Made by a program: the position numbers and the translations under genes. This document shows positions 11,027-23,667 of a stretch of 49,335 bases of DNA, piece by piece (the stretch's first letter is position 1; every line of letters starts with the position of its first letter). This DNA is from Fonticula alba ATCC 38817 (taxonomy: Eukaryota > Protista > Nucleariida): NCBI GenBank assembly GCA_000388065.2, contig KB932202.1. One strand, given 5' to 3'. The notes below the pieces were generated by a model. The model was not told the origin of the DNA. It saw only the letters and a list, made by a program, of their open reading frames with translations, and did not search any database.

Positions 11027-13611
11027 CTATTTCCCCAGGACCGGCTGCTGGGGAAGGACCACCGCCGCCGGGGGGGGCCGCTGGACCTCCGGCGGGTCGG
11101 CCGGGCCGGCCTCCAACCGGGCCGCCTCGCGGCCCAGCTGGTTGACCGACTCCAGCAGCGACTCGACCGCCAGCCGGGAGAAGGTGGTGGCCAGGTCCCT
11201 GGCCCCGATGCCGGTGGTCACCCCGACGGTCACCTTGAACACGGTGCCGATGGTCAGGCCGTCGGCCATCTTGACCGCCATGCTGGCGGCCATGTTGGTG
11301 GCCAGCCGGGCGGACATCTTGGCCGCCTGGCGCGACGCCTCGGCCCCGGACTCCTCGCCGGCCAGCTGCCCGGCCAGGGAGGCCGTCGTGTGCAGGGCCT
11401 CCCGCACGGACTTCTCGTCCAGCTTGCCGTCCAGCATCTTGTTGGCCATCTTGGTGGCCATCTTGGCCGTCATCTTGGTGGCCATGCGCCCGGCCATGCG
11501 GACCGCCGAATTGGCCGCCAGCTTGGTGGTCACCCGGGCCGCCTCGGAGGCCGCCTTCTTGCCCAGCAGCTTGGCCGTCTCGTCGACCGGCAACCCGGCC
11601 GCCAGCAGCTCCAGCGTGCTGGGCGAGGGGGCGACCGCGGCGCCATCCCCCGCGGCGGCCCGGGCATCCTCCCACTCGGAGTCGCTGGCCCAATCCGGCC
11701 CCCGGTCGATGGTGTCCCAGCCGAGGTCCCCGCCGAGGTCCCACTCGGAGTCGCTGTCGGACCCGCTGTCCGAGCAGCCGCCCCCGGCCCGGCCGGCCGG
11801 GTCCCGAAGCGCCGCCTGGAAGGCCGCCTGCACCGCCGCCTGCACCACATCCTGCGTGATGGACAGCGAGGCGCCGGCCAATTCGGCGTCCTCCTCGGCC
11901 TCGGCCTCCGGGGCGGCCAGTTCCTGCGTCGAGGCCGCCCGGCGAGCCGCCGCCTCGGTGGCCACCTGGGCCGCCGTGACCCCGGCCAGCATGCGCACCG
12001 CCACCTCGCGATCCCGCTCAAACAGGCACCCCATGTGCTCGTAGTAGAGGAAGAGCTCCACCAGGATGGCCGCATGCTCGAAGAGATCCGGCCCCCGGCC
12101 GGCCGACCGGAGGCCCGCGATCCACCCCCCCTCGAACCCCGGGCAAATCCGCACCAAGTCCGCCAGGCCGCGCCGGCCGCTCAGCGGCCCGGACACCTCG
12201 TGCTCGGCCCCGCTGCGGGCCTTCTTGCCGCCGAGCTCCGACCCCGGCGGCAGGGCCAGCTCGATGAGGCCCCCGTGCGCATGGTAATCCAGCGGATCCA
12301 CCGGCAGGTCGAAGATGTGGCTCCAGCTGTAGCACAGCCGGACATTGCCCCGGCACAGGCCGGCCTCGGCATAATTGCACAGGTAGAACCCCAGGCACTT
12401 GTAGGCCGTGGCGTCGCCCAGGTCAAACTCGAACACCTGGGTCTTGCGCAGGCTGGCCACCAGGCCGGCCGTGTCCGCCAGCGAGGAGGGCAGGTCGCCG
12501 CGCAGCGGGGTCACCGCCACCCGGGCCCGGACCGGGCCGCGGGCCTCTTCCCCCGGGCCCGGGGCCCGGCTCGAGGTGATGGCCGCCACGCAGTGCCCCT
12601 CCACGGCCATGCGCCGGAAGAGGCCCCTGCCTGCCTCGTTGTCCACATACACCAGCCCATTGGCCCCGAGCGTCAGGAACATCTGGTTGAACACCCGGCC
12701 GATGGGCACGTCGCCCGGCCGGCTGGCCGGCGGCGCCCGGGCCGTGCTGTCGTCCGCCCACTTGTCGATCTTCCGGCCGCTGCGCTGGCGCAAGTGGTCC
12801 AGGACATCTGTCACCGCGTGGGCCCGTGCAATGTGCGCCACCAAAAAAAGCGGGTCGCCGAGGTCAGTGCTGCTGCGCGCCAGGCCTTGGCCCGCCCCCG
12901 GTCACCAGGGCACAGCGCCCGACGCACGTTTGGTATGCAGCCGAATGTCATCGTCCTCCTGGTAGAGGCACAGAAAGCCCCGGAGCAGGCGGAAGGCGGT
13001 GGCGCTCGTGTCGGCCCCGGCCGGGTCGTCCTCCGCATTGGCAAAGTGCATGAGCAGTATCCCCAGAAGCCGGAGCACGCTGTCGCGCGGGTGCTCCTCG
13101 AAGTGGCACGGTGCGACGCCCCGGCGGTCGATCACAAAGTGCACGAGGATCTGGGCCCAGTGGCGGAGTGGTGGCCGGTGAGACGCCGAAGCTCGGGCAT
13201 GTCGCATGCCGCACATGCGCGGACCATGGGCAGGGGGGGGGGGGGAACACTCGGAGCGCACCAGCACCATGGTCTTGTCCATGACAGAGAGGTCCTTGAA
13301 GTGGGCGTGCTGCTGCTTGACAAAGTCCACCAGGTGGTCTTGCCCGCTGGCCGGGCCGGGCCAGGAGGCGAATGGCTGGATGTCATCGTCTGGACAGAGG
13401 GCGTCGGGGTCAGAGGGGCCGGGGCACAGGCGTCGCACGGGAGCGGCACGGCATCGACGCACAGACACTAGAGGCGAAGTCGAAGGATTTCTTCAGACGC
13501 CGCGAGTCGCCGGTGATGTCCGGCTTGGTGTTTGTTCGGGGGGGGGGGGGGGGCGGTTAGCAGGGCGGCGACGCCGTTGAAGGCGTGGGCAAAGCAAGGG
13601 GCCCCTACCAT
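11027..13611 (-). CDS. Paralog B: catalytically inactive 3'-5' exonuclease-fold protein with long C-terminal extension, about 731 aa, 5 exons (13609-13611, 13463-13523, 13262-13389, 12928-13150, 11027-12807)
   Basis: Aligns to A (YVDNEAGRGLF, RVAVTPL, SLRKTQVFEF, GLADLVRICPG, AAILVELFLYY), but ExoI reads AAITS and the ExoIII Y and D are lost. Intron phases match A; the spliced frame is open (2196 nt). Confidence 0.8.
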
Positions 13612-13756
13612 GGCTGCGACCGAGCGGGGAGGCCGCAGACGAGAGACGCAGAGACGGGGGAGAGAGAGAACGAAAAAAGCAAAAGCGGTGGGTGGGGTTG
13701 CTGGGGCCTCCTGGGCGCTGAGCTGGCCCGGCCGGCCGCCCAAAAATCCGCCCCCC

Positions 13757-13766
13757 NNNNNNNNNN
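13757..13766. other. Assembly gap (10 N)
   Basis: N run within a poly-C tract. Confidence 1.
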
Positions 13767-15167
13767 CCCAAAAACCCCCCCCCCCCCCCCCCCCTCGGGT
13801 GGCTGCCCGCGATCGGGCGCGGGCGTCGTCGGCGATCTCCCCTCCGCAGGCTGACCCCCTGGAAGGAGGGGTCGCTGTTGATTTGCCGGGCGGAGGGGGG
13901 GGCGACCGCGCCGCCGGCGGGCCACGGTCCTCGTCGAAGGGCATGGCCTCCCTTGCCCCCCCCGGGGGGGAGAGTCGGCAGGAGGGCCCCCCTTGCCCCC
14001 CACGCGAGCCGGTGGGCCCGAGTGCCCGGGCGATGCGCCGGCGAGCCGGGCCCACAAAAAGCCGGCCCCGCGTCGCGCGCATGTTCCCATGGCCCTCCCG
14101 CGCTCGGCCCCCGTCCCAGCTGCCAAGCCCGCGGGTCCCCCCGCGGGAACGCCCTGCTCCGATCGAAGGGCACCCGGCGCCACAAGAGGAAGGCCTGGCT
14201 GCCCGCCCGCGAGCAACACGGCACCCCCGCAAGGCCGGCAGCCCTCCGCATCGGGAAACCCGGGCCGCTTCCGGTCCAGGTGCCAACGGTGGTCATTCCG
14301 CCCTGGGGCGCGGCCGGCCTCGCTGGTGTGGCGTCTCCGGGCCCCCCGGCCCTGCCGCGTGCGGGCGCGACGCTTGTCTTCGATTCCGGGCGCCGCGAGA
14401 GCGGGAGAGATCGCAAGATGGCAAGGTTGACAGAGCGAAAGGGCACGAGGGATCCGGGCGCCCTGATCCGCGCCCAGATCGCACCTGGCAACCCTCCCCC
14501 CCCCAGAATTATGGACAGCCACCCGGTCCAGTGGCAAAGGCAGGCATGCAAAGAGCCTTGTCCTCGCCTGTGCCGCGTTTTTGCCAGAAAAGGCCCATGG
14601 GACAGCATGCGCGTCCCATCTGCGCATGGTACCCGCCCGCGTCGCGCGCAGGCCCCCTTTGGCCAGCGGACCCCCAGTAGCAACGTGGTGCTTGTGAATC
14701 CGCCCTCTCTACGACACGCCTCGCGGGCTGACCGTGCTCTGCACTGTCCTCGCGATTGAGGGCGACGCCGCCCCGCATGGGCCGGTGCAGCGCGCGGCCG
14801 GAGGCATTGACAAGCCGTCCGGCCAGCCCGCCCGGCGGCAAAAGTGCCCAGGACACCCGGCAAGCGAGACACCCTAGCCCGGGCGGGCTTGTCCCCGGTT
14901 GTCCTCACAAGGGAGCACTGACCGAGACTGCTCCGACGGCCAGGTGGCCCAGCCTCGAAGGCCATGCATCCGGAGGACCCTCCCCAGGGACTTCGCCAGC
15001 GGGTCATGCACGGGCCGGAGGGATGTTTCCTCAAGGCGTTCGGCCGTTCGCACGCAAGGCCGCCCCGGCATCGATCCTGCGCGTTGGACCCCCTCCCCCC
15101 CCTCCCCCCCCCCTCTGGACATGTGCTTTGGGGCATATGTTCGGAGCACAAGGAAAGAGTGACACTT

Positions 15168-15173
15168 TTTATT
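15168..15173 (-). promoter_or_regulatory. Candidate polyadenylation signal AATAAA for paralog C
   Basis: TTTATT on the + strand, about 150 nt downstream of the paralog C stop codon. Confidence 0.4.
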
Positions 15174-15322
15174 GGTCCCAAGAGACGGTGCACACATCGA
15201 ACTCATACAGGCCGGATTTCCTGGAGAAGAGGAGGCTGAGCGCGTCACACTCTATGCATAGACGTATGGGCACGCGCCCCTCCCCCCTCCGCCAGCTCCC
15301 TCTCTGGAGTCCGCATGGTCGC

Positions 15323-17678
15323 TCATTTATGCAAGGTGTACATGTGCAGCGAGTAGAGGAATAGCATGTTCCCCAGGAAAGCATACTCGGTCCAGTACCT
15401 TCTCTGTGCCGGGCTCTCCCGCCCATCGGCAGGCAGCACCAGCATGTTCGCCACCCTGGGAGCAACACACAGGCCGAGAGTTTCCTGGACCATGCCCTCG
15501 AATGGGCGCGTCTGATCCACGGAAAAGAGCCTGTGGTCACTGTCCGTCCGAGTGGCGGCCTCTTGGTCGGCGCTGGTAGGCGGCGCTGCAAGGTTGATTC
15601 CATATTTCTGGGTCGCCACCTGGAAGGCATCAAATAGTTCGAGCAGCTCGGACTTCTGGCCATAGTGGATCCGGGGGTTCTTTTTGGCCCCGGTGGCCTG
15701 GGTATTTTGCTGGTAGAGAATTTGCAGGGCTTCAAGGGTGAGTCTCGGGTGTGTGAGTGGCTCAAATTGGAAGACGCGCGTCTGACCCAGACTCCACATC
15801 ACCTTGGGGTAGGATTTCACCAAGGTCGAGAGGGGAAGCCCCCGAGGGGAGACACTGCCACGCGAATCACCCACACCGGGGTCGAGGCCGAGCCGTCGTC
15901 CGCTCCCGCGACGCCCCGGCGGTCGATCACAAAGTGCACGAGGATCTGGGCCCAGTGGCGGGGTGGTGGCCGGTGAGACGCCGAAGCTCGGGCATGNNNN
16001 NNNNNNNNNNNNNNNNNNNNNNNNNNNNNNNNNNNNNNNNNNNNNNNNNNNNNNNNNGGGGGGGGGGGGGGGGGGGGGGGGGAGGTATCGCGCCACATGG
16101 ATGAAAGAGACCACATGTTGCGACTCCACCTGCTGGATGAAGTCCATAAGGGCGACCTCTGTGTCGACCAAAATACCGGCCGCCGTCAGGCCATAGTGTT
16201 CGAGACTCGGCAGGTCGGCCGACAGGGCTGCTCGCTCGGGCGAAAGCACACTCTGGAGCACATTCAAGGCGCCCTCCACCATGTCCAAAGGTCGGCCATC
16301 GATCCACCACCCGAAGACGGGCATCTTCGCCAGCGTATTCTGAAGCATCTCGGTGTTGAGCGAGTTCAAGATTTCGTTGGCCCGGCTATGGACTGTGCCG
16401 CCCGGGCGAGGTTGTGGCATGCAAGACAGCGACGCATGCAAGTTAGTGGGACAGCACTGACAGCCGGTTCGCCCCCCCCGCTGGAGCCCGCGGGGAGGGA
16501 GCTGCGGGGCTTTGCCAGCCCGGACCGCCGCGCCTGCGCATCCTTTCCCAGGGCCGCTCGGTCATGGGCAGCGAGGGGCCAGTTGGTGGAGATTGCGGGA
16601 GGGGGGGGGGCGTTTGAGTGTTGCAAGGGGCCTGGCGGCGTGCAACCACCAGGCCGTGTGGGCTTCCCCCCCCCCCCCCCCCCCCCCCCCGGCGTCTCGT
16701 GTTGAGGGGGAGGGGAGAATCCTCACATGTACAAGGACAGCGGAGGGCGCACTTCGCCTGACATCCTGCCAGAGGTACAAAATTTCCGGCGGAAAGATAT
16801 TCATAAAGTGCAAGAGAGTGGCACAGGCGAATGCAGTGCGCATCCGATCCTCTGGACGGAGGGTTCCCCAAGCCTCATGATGGAGTTTCAACTTTCCGCT
16901 CAGCGTGGCGGCCAAGAGGCGGATGAACCGGATACAGGAGGCCTCGTGGAGTGAGGGGCTCAGCAATAGCCCCACCTTGGGCAAGAACCAGTACCGGCGG
17001 ATGGAAGGGTCGGGTTGGGCAAGCCAGAGGCGGGGTGTCAGTGGGTCGGTCGCATCGCGAGGCCGGCATCATCTTTTATCCATGTAAGAGCGCGCCCGAG
17101 CAAGGACCACGCGCTTCGAGGTCACTGTTTGTTCTGGGTTGTACCAATACACTGGCTTGGCCAAGCACATTGTTGATGACGGCGCTGTAGAAGTAGTCCA
17201 CGCCTCCGTGGTGCTGGTAGATGTTGACGGTAGCGGCCTGGACTGTTTGATGTGTATATTTGTGAAAGCGAAAGAGGGGGCAGGCGAGGGGCAACGGGTC
17301 AGCATGTTTCCGGTTAGATGCTCGAGCTGGGGATCAAGAACAGAAGGCATGGCATTGTGGGGCCGGGCAATCTCGGCGCGCGCGTACTACTTGGGGCCAG
17401 GCGCGGGTAAAGAGCGTGTATGTCCAAATCCACGGGATTGATGCCAACACACAGAAGCCCATGTCCAGGGTTCGTGGCGGCCGGCAATTCATTTTGCGGC
17501 TGTGCAAGGAGAGTAGTCTTGAATGTGGCGGCGGCCGGCCGTGGTGCCGACATGACGAAGTGGGGTCAGCCAATCGGATCGCAAGCATCTTTTACGGGAG
17601 AGAGAGAGAGAGACGCCCCCCCCCTCCTCCCCCTTAGACCCGACAGACCAAAAGCGCACGTACGGGGGGCGTTGTCAT
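15323..17678 (-). CDS. Paralog C: inactive exonuclease-fold protein, 5 exons (17664-17678, 17388-17517, 17145-17242, 16753-16975, 15323-16392); last exon has a gap, an 89-bp foreign insert and a 1-nt frameshift
   Basis: Motifs LVDTEVALMDF, IRVAVSPL, SLGQTRVFQF, FEGMVQETLGL and SPAQRRY align to A and B. ExoI reads SFIHVA. Intron phases are 0,1,0,1. Exon 4 is 223 nt, the same length as in B. Confidence 0.72.
15908..15996. repeat. 89-bp copy of 13113-13201 (paralog B intron 3/exon 4 junction), one mismatch, next to an N gap
   Basis: Direct comparison of the two segments. Confidence 0.92.
15997..16057. other. Assembly gap (61 N)
   Basis: N run next to a poly-G tract. Confidence 1.
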
Positions 17679-17967
17679 GGTTGTCACTTGTTGTACGGGT
17701 GCCGGATGTTTTGGGGATATCCGTGCGGGGCAAAGGAAAAGGGGCCACGGGGTGAGGGCGGCGTCAGGCAGGTAGAAGAGGGGAGACGAGCGGGGCTGAT
17801 GTATCGAAGGGGGTGTGCTCTAGTGGAAAGAGCAATGGCCGCTTGAAGGGCCCCGTCCCCTCTCAAGTTCCCCCTCTGGGCCGCCCGAGAGTCGTCACAT
17901 CACCAGGAAGACACACCCCGGCGAGGCATCTACTGGGAGACATGACAAGGATGAGGGGAAACAATGA

Positions 17968-18340
17968 TCAAATTTTTCCCCGAGTGAAGGTGCGCGTGCC
18001 AGCGCCGCTGTAGAGGGAACACCCAAACGCCGGCTTCGGCTCAAGCCCGCTCACCCGGCACGACGGAGGCTTCGCCTGGGCAGGCGCCAGGGACTGGGGC
18101 CAACCTCTCACCCGACTCCCACCATAAAATTGGCGAGTTCCGCCAGGGCTAATCGCAGTCGCCTGGCGTCGGTCCATGGAACAGTACACTGCGCTCTCCC
18201 TGGCTGAGACCGACGAGGAATGCCCCCCATGCCCAGTTTGTATTTTTTGTCGCGAAACCACCCCCCGGCCGGATGGTCATTGCAGATATTCACAACGCTT
18301 ACCAGCACGGGGAGTACTGCCGGGCACGCGCTGGGCAGCA
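17968..18340 (-). pseudogene. Possible decayed exonuclease-family paralog (C-terminal part)
   Basis: LAELANFMVG resembles LADLVRICPG (B) and VAHLARWNIG (D). After a frame change, GWPQSLAPAQ resembles the W..PAQ lead-in to ExoIII. Stops and a frameshift are present. Confidence 0.35.
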
Positions 18341-18361
18341 TCAAGTTGCCAGGGCTTACCA

Positions 18362-18363
<2 letters not shown>

Positions 18364-18408
<45 letters not shown>

Positions 18409-18417
18409 TGTGTGTGT
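18364..18417. repeat. (GT)n microsatellite, about 27 units, one AT interruption
   Basis: Direct reading. Confidence 0.97.
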
Positions 18418-20330
18418 ACCAGGGCTTGTGGGTTCCTGCGGTCGAGAGACGAGCAAAAGTACACCCAGGGAGGGGCATTTCCTTGGCGGAGGGGGGGGGG
18501 GGGTAGGGGGGGCTGATCAAGCGGGCGAACATGGGTTGGTCCCAATGTGATGAAATTGCTAGCACCCTGTGCCGGCAGGGGGGCCCCCTTTTCCCCGGTC
18601 ATTCTCGACCTTTCTGGCGAACGCTCTCCTGGGGCCATCGCCACCACCGGTTGTGGCTCACCTGTCTGGTCGGAGGCCGAGCTCTTTTCTCCTACACCCG
18701 GCCAACTGCACCGCAAGGATTCCCGATCTCAATCCCCAGGCGGGTGCGACCATATCCTGGGCCGTCCCTCGAAGCTGTGCAGGCCCCAACAGACACACAC
18801 GGGTCCCTGATGGACAGATGATTCGCTCAAAAGGGGATTTATATCCTTCCTGCTCGTCGACTCCCTGCCGCCTGAATCGGGGGTCGCCCTCGATAGAGGA
18901 GTGAGAGAGCTGTTGCCCAGCCGCGGGGCCTGCCAACAGAAGCCTGGTCCGCCTGTGCTTGCGGGCTCCTTGCTTCTGGGACGCCCAGGGCACTGGCCGG
19001 CCATTACTGGCCCCGTCACCACTCCCTGCCCCGGGGGAAACGAGGGATGCTTCTACCAGTGTGCCATTCTCACAACTGCACCCCGGAGCGTGTCCTCCCC
19101 CCCCCCTGGGGACTACGGCGCGCCATCCGAGGTCACACCCCTCCTGGCCTGCAGGGTACTCCGTGTGGGTGCATATGTGTCGCTCCGTACATGAGCGCCT
19201 GCAAAAAGAGCGCCCGTATGAGCTGCATACGTGTGTTTGAGTCGATTCGCGTATGGTGAACGCACCCATTTTCACGCCTTTGTCCGATGCCTCGCAGGTA
19301 CCCTTTGGCGCGACCAGAATGGGAGCAGCTTCTCTCGGAGAAACTGCCCGCCGACGTCTGCCTAAGGCACAACTCGACCAGTCGACATTCTACCTTGAGG
19401 ACTCTGCCGGTACAGCGCTAGTAGGCACTCGATTGTCCTCCCCCGCGCTCCCCCCCCCCCCCCCCCCTGCCCATCGATCACCCGTCCGCTGGCATGGTCA
19501 ACATACCCCAGCGGACCCGGCCACGCCCGGAAGGGTGAGCGGTAGAAGAACGGCCCGACGAGACCAGGCGCGGTCCGGAACCAGCGTGTGTCATTAAGAT
19601 CTCTGGCCGGCAGCCCCACGTCGCCTACACCCTCCCTGACCCAGTGGAGATGCTCTGCCGGGCCGAGAGCTCCGAGAGCCAGACCGCCTGCCGCCCCCCT
19701 TCCCCCCTCCCCCCTCCCCTGGGCGCCCGCACCCAATCCCCATCCGCCCGGGCTGCCTGAGCCCACCAGGGCCACGCACAGCCCACAGAGGATACAAGCA
19801 AGCGGCCGTTCTTCATCCATGAGAGGCGACCGAAGGCAGGCCAATGCAACCAGCCTCCAAGGCCAGCAAGTAGCCAGCGCACAACCGATCGGCCAAACTA
19901 CTTGAGTCTCTCTCCGCGTCCCCACGCGCAGACTCCAAAGTGCCAATGATCCTGCGAGCATGGTATCCTTCGTTCACCAAGCCCACAGTCTTATCTCGAG
20001 ATTAAACCCACGCATGTGGCCCTCACAGAGGGGAGCGCGTGGCCAATTTTCAAGCCTCCCTAGCCCCACCACCCCGCCAGATGAGCCAACGTTTCGAAGA
20101 ATGGCATGACAGGGCACACGAAAGAGAAAGGAGAAGGTGGAGCGGTTGCCCGAAAGGGTGGGGTGTGCATATTTTTCGTGCCCCCATCTTAAGGCCCGGA
20201 ATGGCATGGCGGCGCGCCGCCTGCCAAGCATCGCCCTATCAACCCCTTTCCTCTGCCAGCGGCAGCCGCCTCCACACACACCTCGTCGCTGGGCACACAG
20301 AATGAACCCCCTTGCCTGGGAGGGCCTGAA

Positions 20331-20332
<2 letters not shown>

Positions 20333-20362
<30 letters not shown>
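20333..20362. repeat. (GT)15 microsatellite
   Basis: Direct reading. Confidence 0.95.
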
Positions 20363-20363
<1 letters not shown>

Positions 20364-21075
20364 GAGACGGCGGCCGCTGACAGAGGAGGGGGGCTGATAG
20401 GGCGATGCACACCTCGAGGCGCCAAGGGCCAGCCTGACCATGTCCCACCTCCGGGAAGCGCCTGAGACCCCTCTGCCTCCCCCTTTCATGTGGGCATTCC
20501 CGCAACCCCTGCCTCCCATTCTGTGGGTGGCCTCGAACTCGACAGTCTCGCGCTACCACGCCGACAACCGGCCCCGGTGTGCACCACATGCCTTCGAAGC
20601 GTTAAGGAAGCGCCCTAGACGGGTTGGACGTGCGTATATAGGTACACACAGACACACATGATTTCATGCGACTGGGCTCGGGCATCCCAATAGTCAGGCG
20701 CCTTGCATGCTCCCTGCCACTGGCATGCCCGAAGTGCTGTGTTCGCTTTTGCGCGTGCGCATTGATCTCCCACAGCGAATCCCGGCTTGACATCGCACCG
20801 GGGGGCTCTGTTCCGCCACCGGGGCAGCGGACCACCCATGCACATGCGCTTGTATGTCTACATGAAAACACGCACACTTGCGCGCCCGCGCGTGCCCGGT
20901 ACCGCCCCCAACCATGAGATGACGGCTGCCGCGTCTGAGGAACACCGGGGCACCAGCGAACGGCCAGGAGGGAGGGAGCTGGCGGGCATGCGCCAAAGGC
21001 CACGCTCCCTCGTCATGGCTGGGGCCGACCCCGGGCGCCGGACTTGCCGGATGGTGCCGGGGGTACCTTGGGCCC

Positions 21076-23059
21076 TCACTTGCAAATGGCCATCTGGGAG
21101 TGACAAACCAGGGCCAGGCACATGAGTAGTTGCTCCTTGATGGCCTGCTCACGGTTGAGTGCTTCATCGATGTCCCCAGCTGCGGCCATGTCCAGGCCGA
21201 TGTTCCACCGGGCAAGGTGGGCCACAGAACGCTCGCCCGAATGGCCCATCACCGAATGTGAGTCGTACGCCCGCGGGAAGGCCGTCCGGCCGCTCGGCTC
21301 TCGGGACAGGTCCACCGTGTTGAAGAGGTCGGCGCGCCTCTTGCCCGGGCTGCTACCTTCCACTATGATGTGGGGGAGTGGGACCCCGTGGACGAGAGCG
21401 CACACCTCCTCCAACAGCGAAGCTTGCCTGGCACCGTGGATAACGCGTGTGTTGTTGGGCACACCGGACTGGGTCTTCCTCGGGAGGATCTCCCTCACTA
21501 TCGGCCAGGACTCGGGCAGCTTCAGGTCGAGGGTGATCTTGAACAGGCGCATGGTGGCCTGCTCGATGCCCTCCGGGCCAACGGCCGTGATGTAGTCCGC
21601 GAAGGCGTGCGGCATGTCCCACATGGCCATGTAAAGATCCGCCCGGGAGATTGTCCCATCTTCTGCCCGGACTACGTTATCGATGAAGAGCGAAATGAGC
21701 TCGAAGTCCATCACAACAAAGCGCGACAGCTGCTTGGTGCCGGGTAAATCCCACGCGTTCAGGCACTCAAATTCAATGCCGGCCCCGATGGAACCGGCCC
21801 CGGCCGCGGAGGTCTCCTCCTTCGACGGCACCGGCTTCGGCGCCAGCAGCAACAGCTGCACCAAGTCCGCAAGGTATCCTTCGTAGTTGTGCCCCGAGGG
21901 ATCCACCAGGAACCCGTGTTTCTCCGGCTCGTCCAGCAGGCTGGACATGTTGCTGACGAAGCCTTCGGTCGGGTCTCCCGCGCGTTCCACGTCTACCGGG
22001 GGGGGGGGGGGGGGAGGAGGAGGGGTGTTAGCGAGCAGGACCGCATGGTTGGCCGGGTCGCAGGCCATGTGTCTGGCGGCTCAAGAGGCCTATTAGAGGA
22101 GGAAGCCTGCCCCCGGCATGTGGTATGTCCAGCTCCTCCCCCGACAAGTCAAGGCAGGACGCGCACACTTCTTTACAAACGATCGCATCCTGGGCGACTT
22201 CAGCATCGGGACCAAGGGGCCCAGCAGGGCGAGAGACGCCTGTGCCTGAGTATGGCGGTCGCTCCTGCACGAGAAATACTCATTGAGACACAGCGCGTTC
22301 TTGATGATGAGCTTGTGGGCCAAGATCTCCAGGGGGAGCCCCGTGGCAAGCAGCCCCTTCTCGGACAAAAATCGCAGCATGACCTGCAGGTCAAGTGTCC
22401 GGCGGCAAGAGGACCCCTCGCGTCAGCAACTCCCGGGACATGTTGGAACCAGAGGCAAAGAGGCCATCCCCCCCCCCTCCCCCGCTCTGAATTCTCTGGG
22501 ACATACCAGAGCATTGGCCTGGGCCACAGGGCAAAGATGTCGAAGGTTCTCGGTGATAGTCGCGGCATCGAGCTGGCTAAGGGAATCGCTCAAAGCACCA
22601 CCCAGGGACACTGCAAGTGGCGATGTCGCGCCGAGACGGAAGCCCATGCATGCACAGGTACCCGCGCAAATACAGACGCAAGATACCCCCACCCGGAGCA
22701 TGACAGATCCCATGGTCCAAGGCACCGGGCGTTGGGGGACACACACCAGCCCCGCAAGATGAGCACATTCAACCGCAAGACGCCAGGTTAGATGATATCC
22801 CCCCGGGGAACAAGGCCAGGGGGTGGCGACACATGCGCGACATACACTTCCCATCGAACGGCACAAGAGTCGAAGAACAGCGCGGGATCGCCCCGCCGAC
22901 ATGGTAGAATACCATGGCCAAGCCGGGGGCGCACCTGCGGAGGCCAATTTCGTCCGAAGCTTGAATAGTCTGCTGTCAGGGTTAGCATATGCCTTTGGGC
23001 CGAAGACTCCATGGCACCCATGGTACATCCCAGCCCCCAGACTCCAGCGCACGTACCAT
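21076..23059 (-). CDS. Paralog D: inactive exonuclease-fold protein, about 455 aa, 5 exons (23057-23059, 22846-22972, 22507-22610, 22167-22383, 21076-21992)
   Basis: ATG|GTACGT first exon. Exon 3 is 104 nt as in A and ends AQANAL|. Motifs ISRADLY (ExoI Glu lost), RVIHGARQASLLE, TVDLS and SVAHLARWNIGL. The spliced frame is open (1368 nt). Confidence 0.78.
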
Positions 23060-23667
23060 GCTAAAAGAGGACGGCTCGATTCCTGCCACAAGACTGCACC
23101 GGGGAAGTGAAGAAAGAGGAGAAAAGGAAATACACACACGCGTATGTGTGGGGGAGAGGGAGAATTGTAGAGCGAAGGGGCGGAGGTGAAAAGAGGGAGG
23201 GAGAGGGGGGAAAGGAACCAGGAAGGCTCTTTTCTGGCAAGGCCCCAGGCCACTACCAATTTTGGCCCATCTCCATCAGGCTCTAGCGCCCACCCCGCCG
23301 GCCCTGGCCGTCCGCATGGCGGCCCCATTCTCTGCCAGTACCCAGTCGCCGCCGAGCTCCCACGTTGAGGGATCTTGGTGTCGTGCGGCGACCCGATTCC
23401 CTAGGTCGCGCGCTTCCCTCTGCCTGCACGGGCACGTCCATTTCACCGGGCCCGAGCCGGGCACCCTCGATCATACCCGGGTTGAGTGCGTCCACACCTT
23501 TTTCGGCCTAGCCATATATTTGGCCCAACTCAATTGCGTCATCATTCGGTGCCCCTGTGTTGCGAGGGCCTGGAGCGGGGGGTAGCCGCTCCGAATGGAT
23601 ACACAAACACCGGCCGACGGAGCCCTGGTAAGCAAGTGCCCACGGCGTGAGGCCAGGGCTCCGGCTC

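Noticed and set aside
9599-13471. 1290-aa plus-strand ORF
   Set aside because: Antisense shadow of paralog B plus GC-rich spacer; Arg/Gly/Pro-rich with no motifs. Stops are rare at this GC content.
18800-19250. Plus-strand coding-like stretches here and at about 26950-27330 and 28470-28740
   Set aside because: No recognisable motif, no consistent exon chain and interrupted by stops; cannot be supported as genes from sequence alone.
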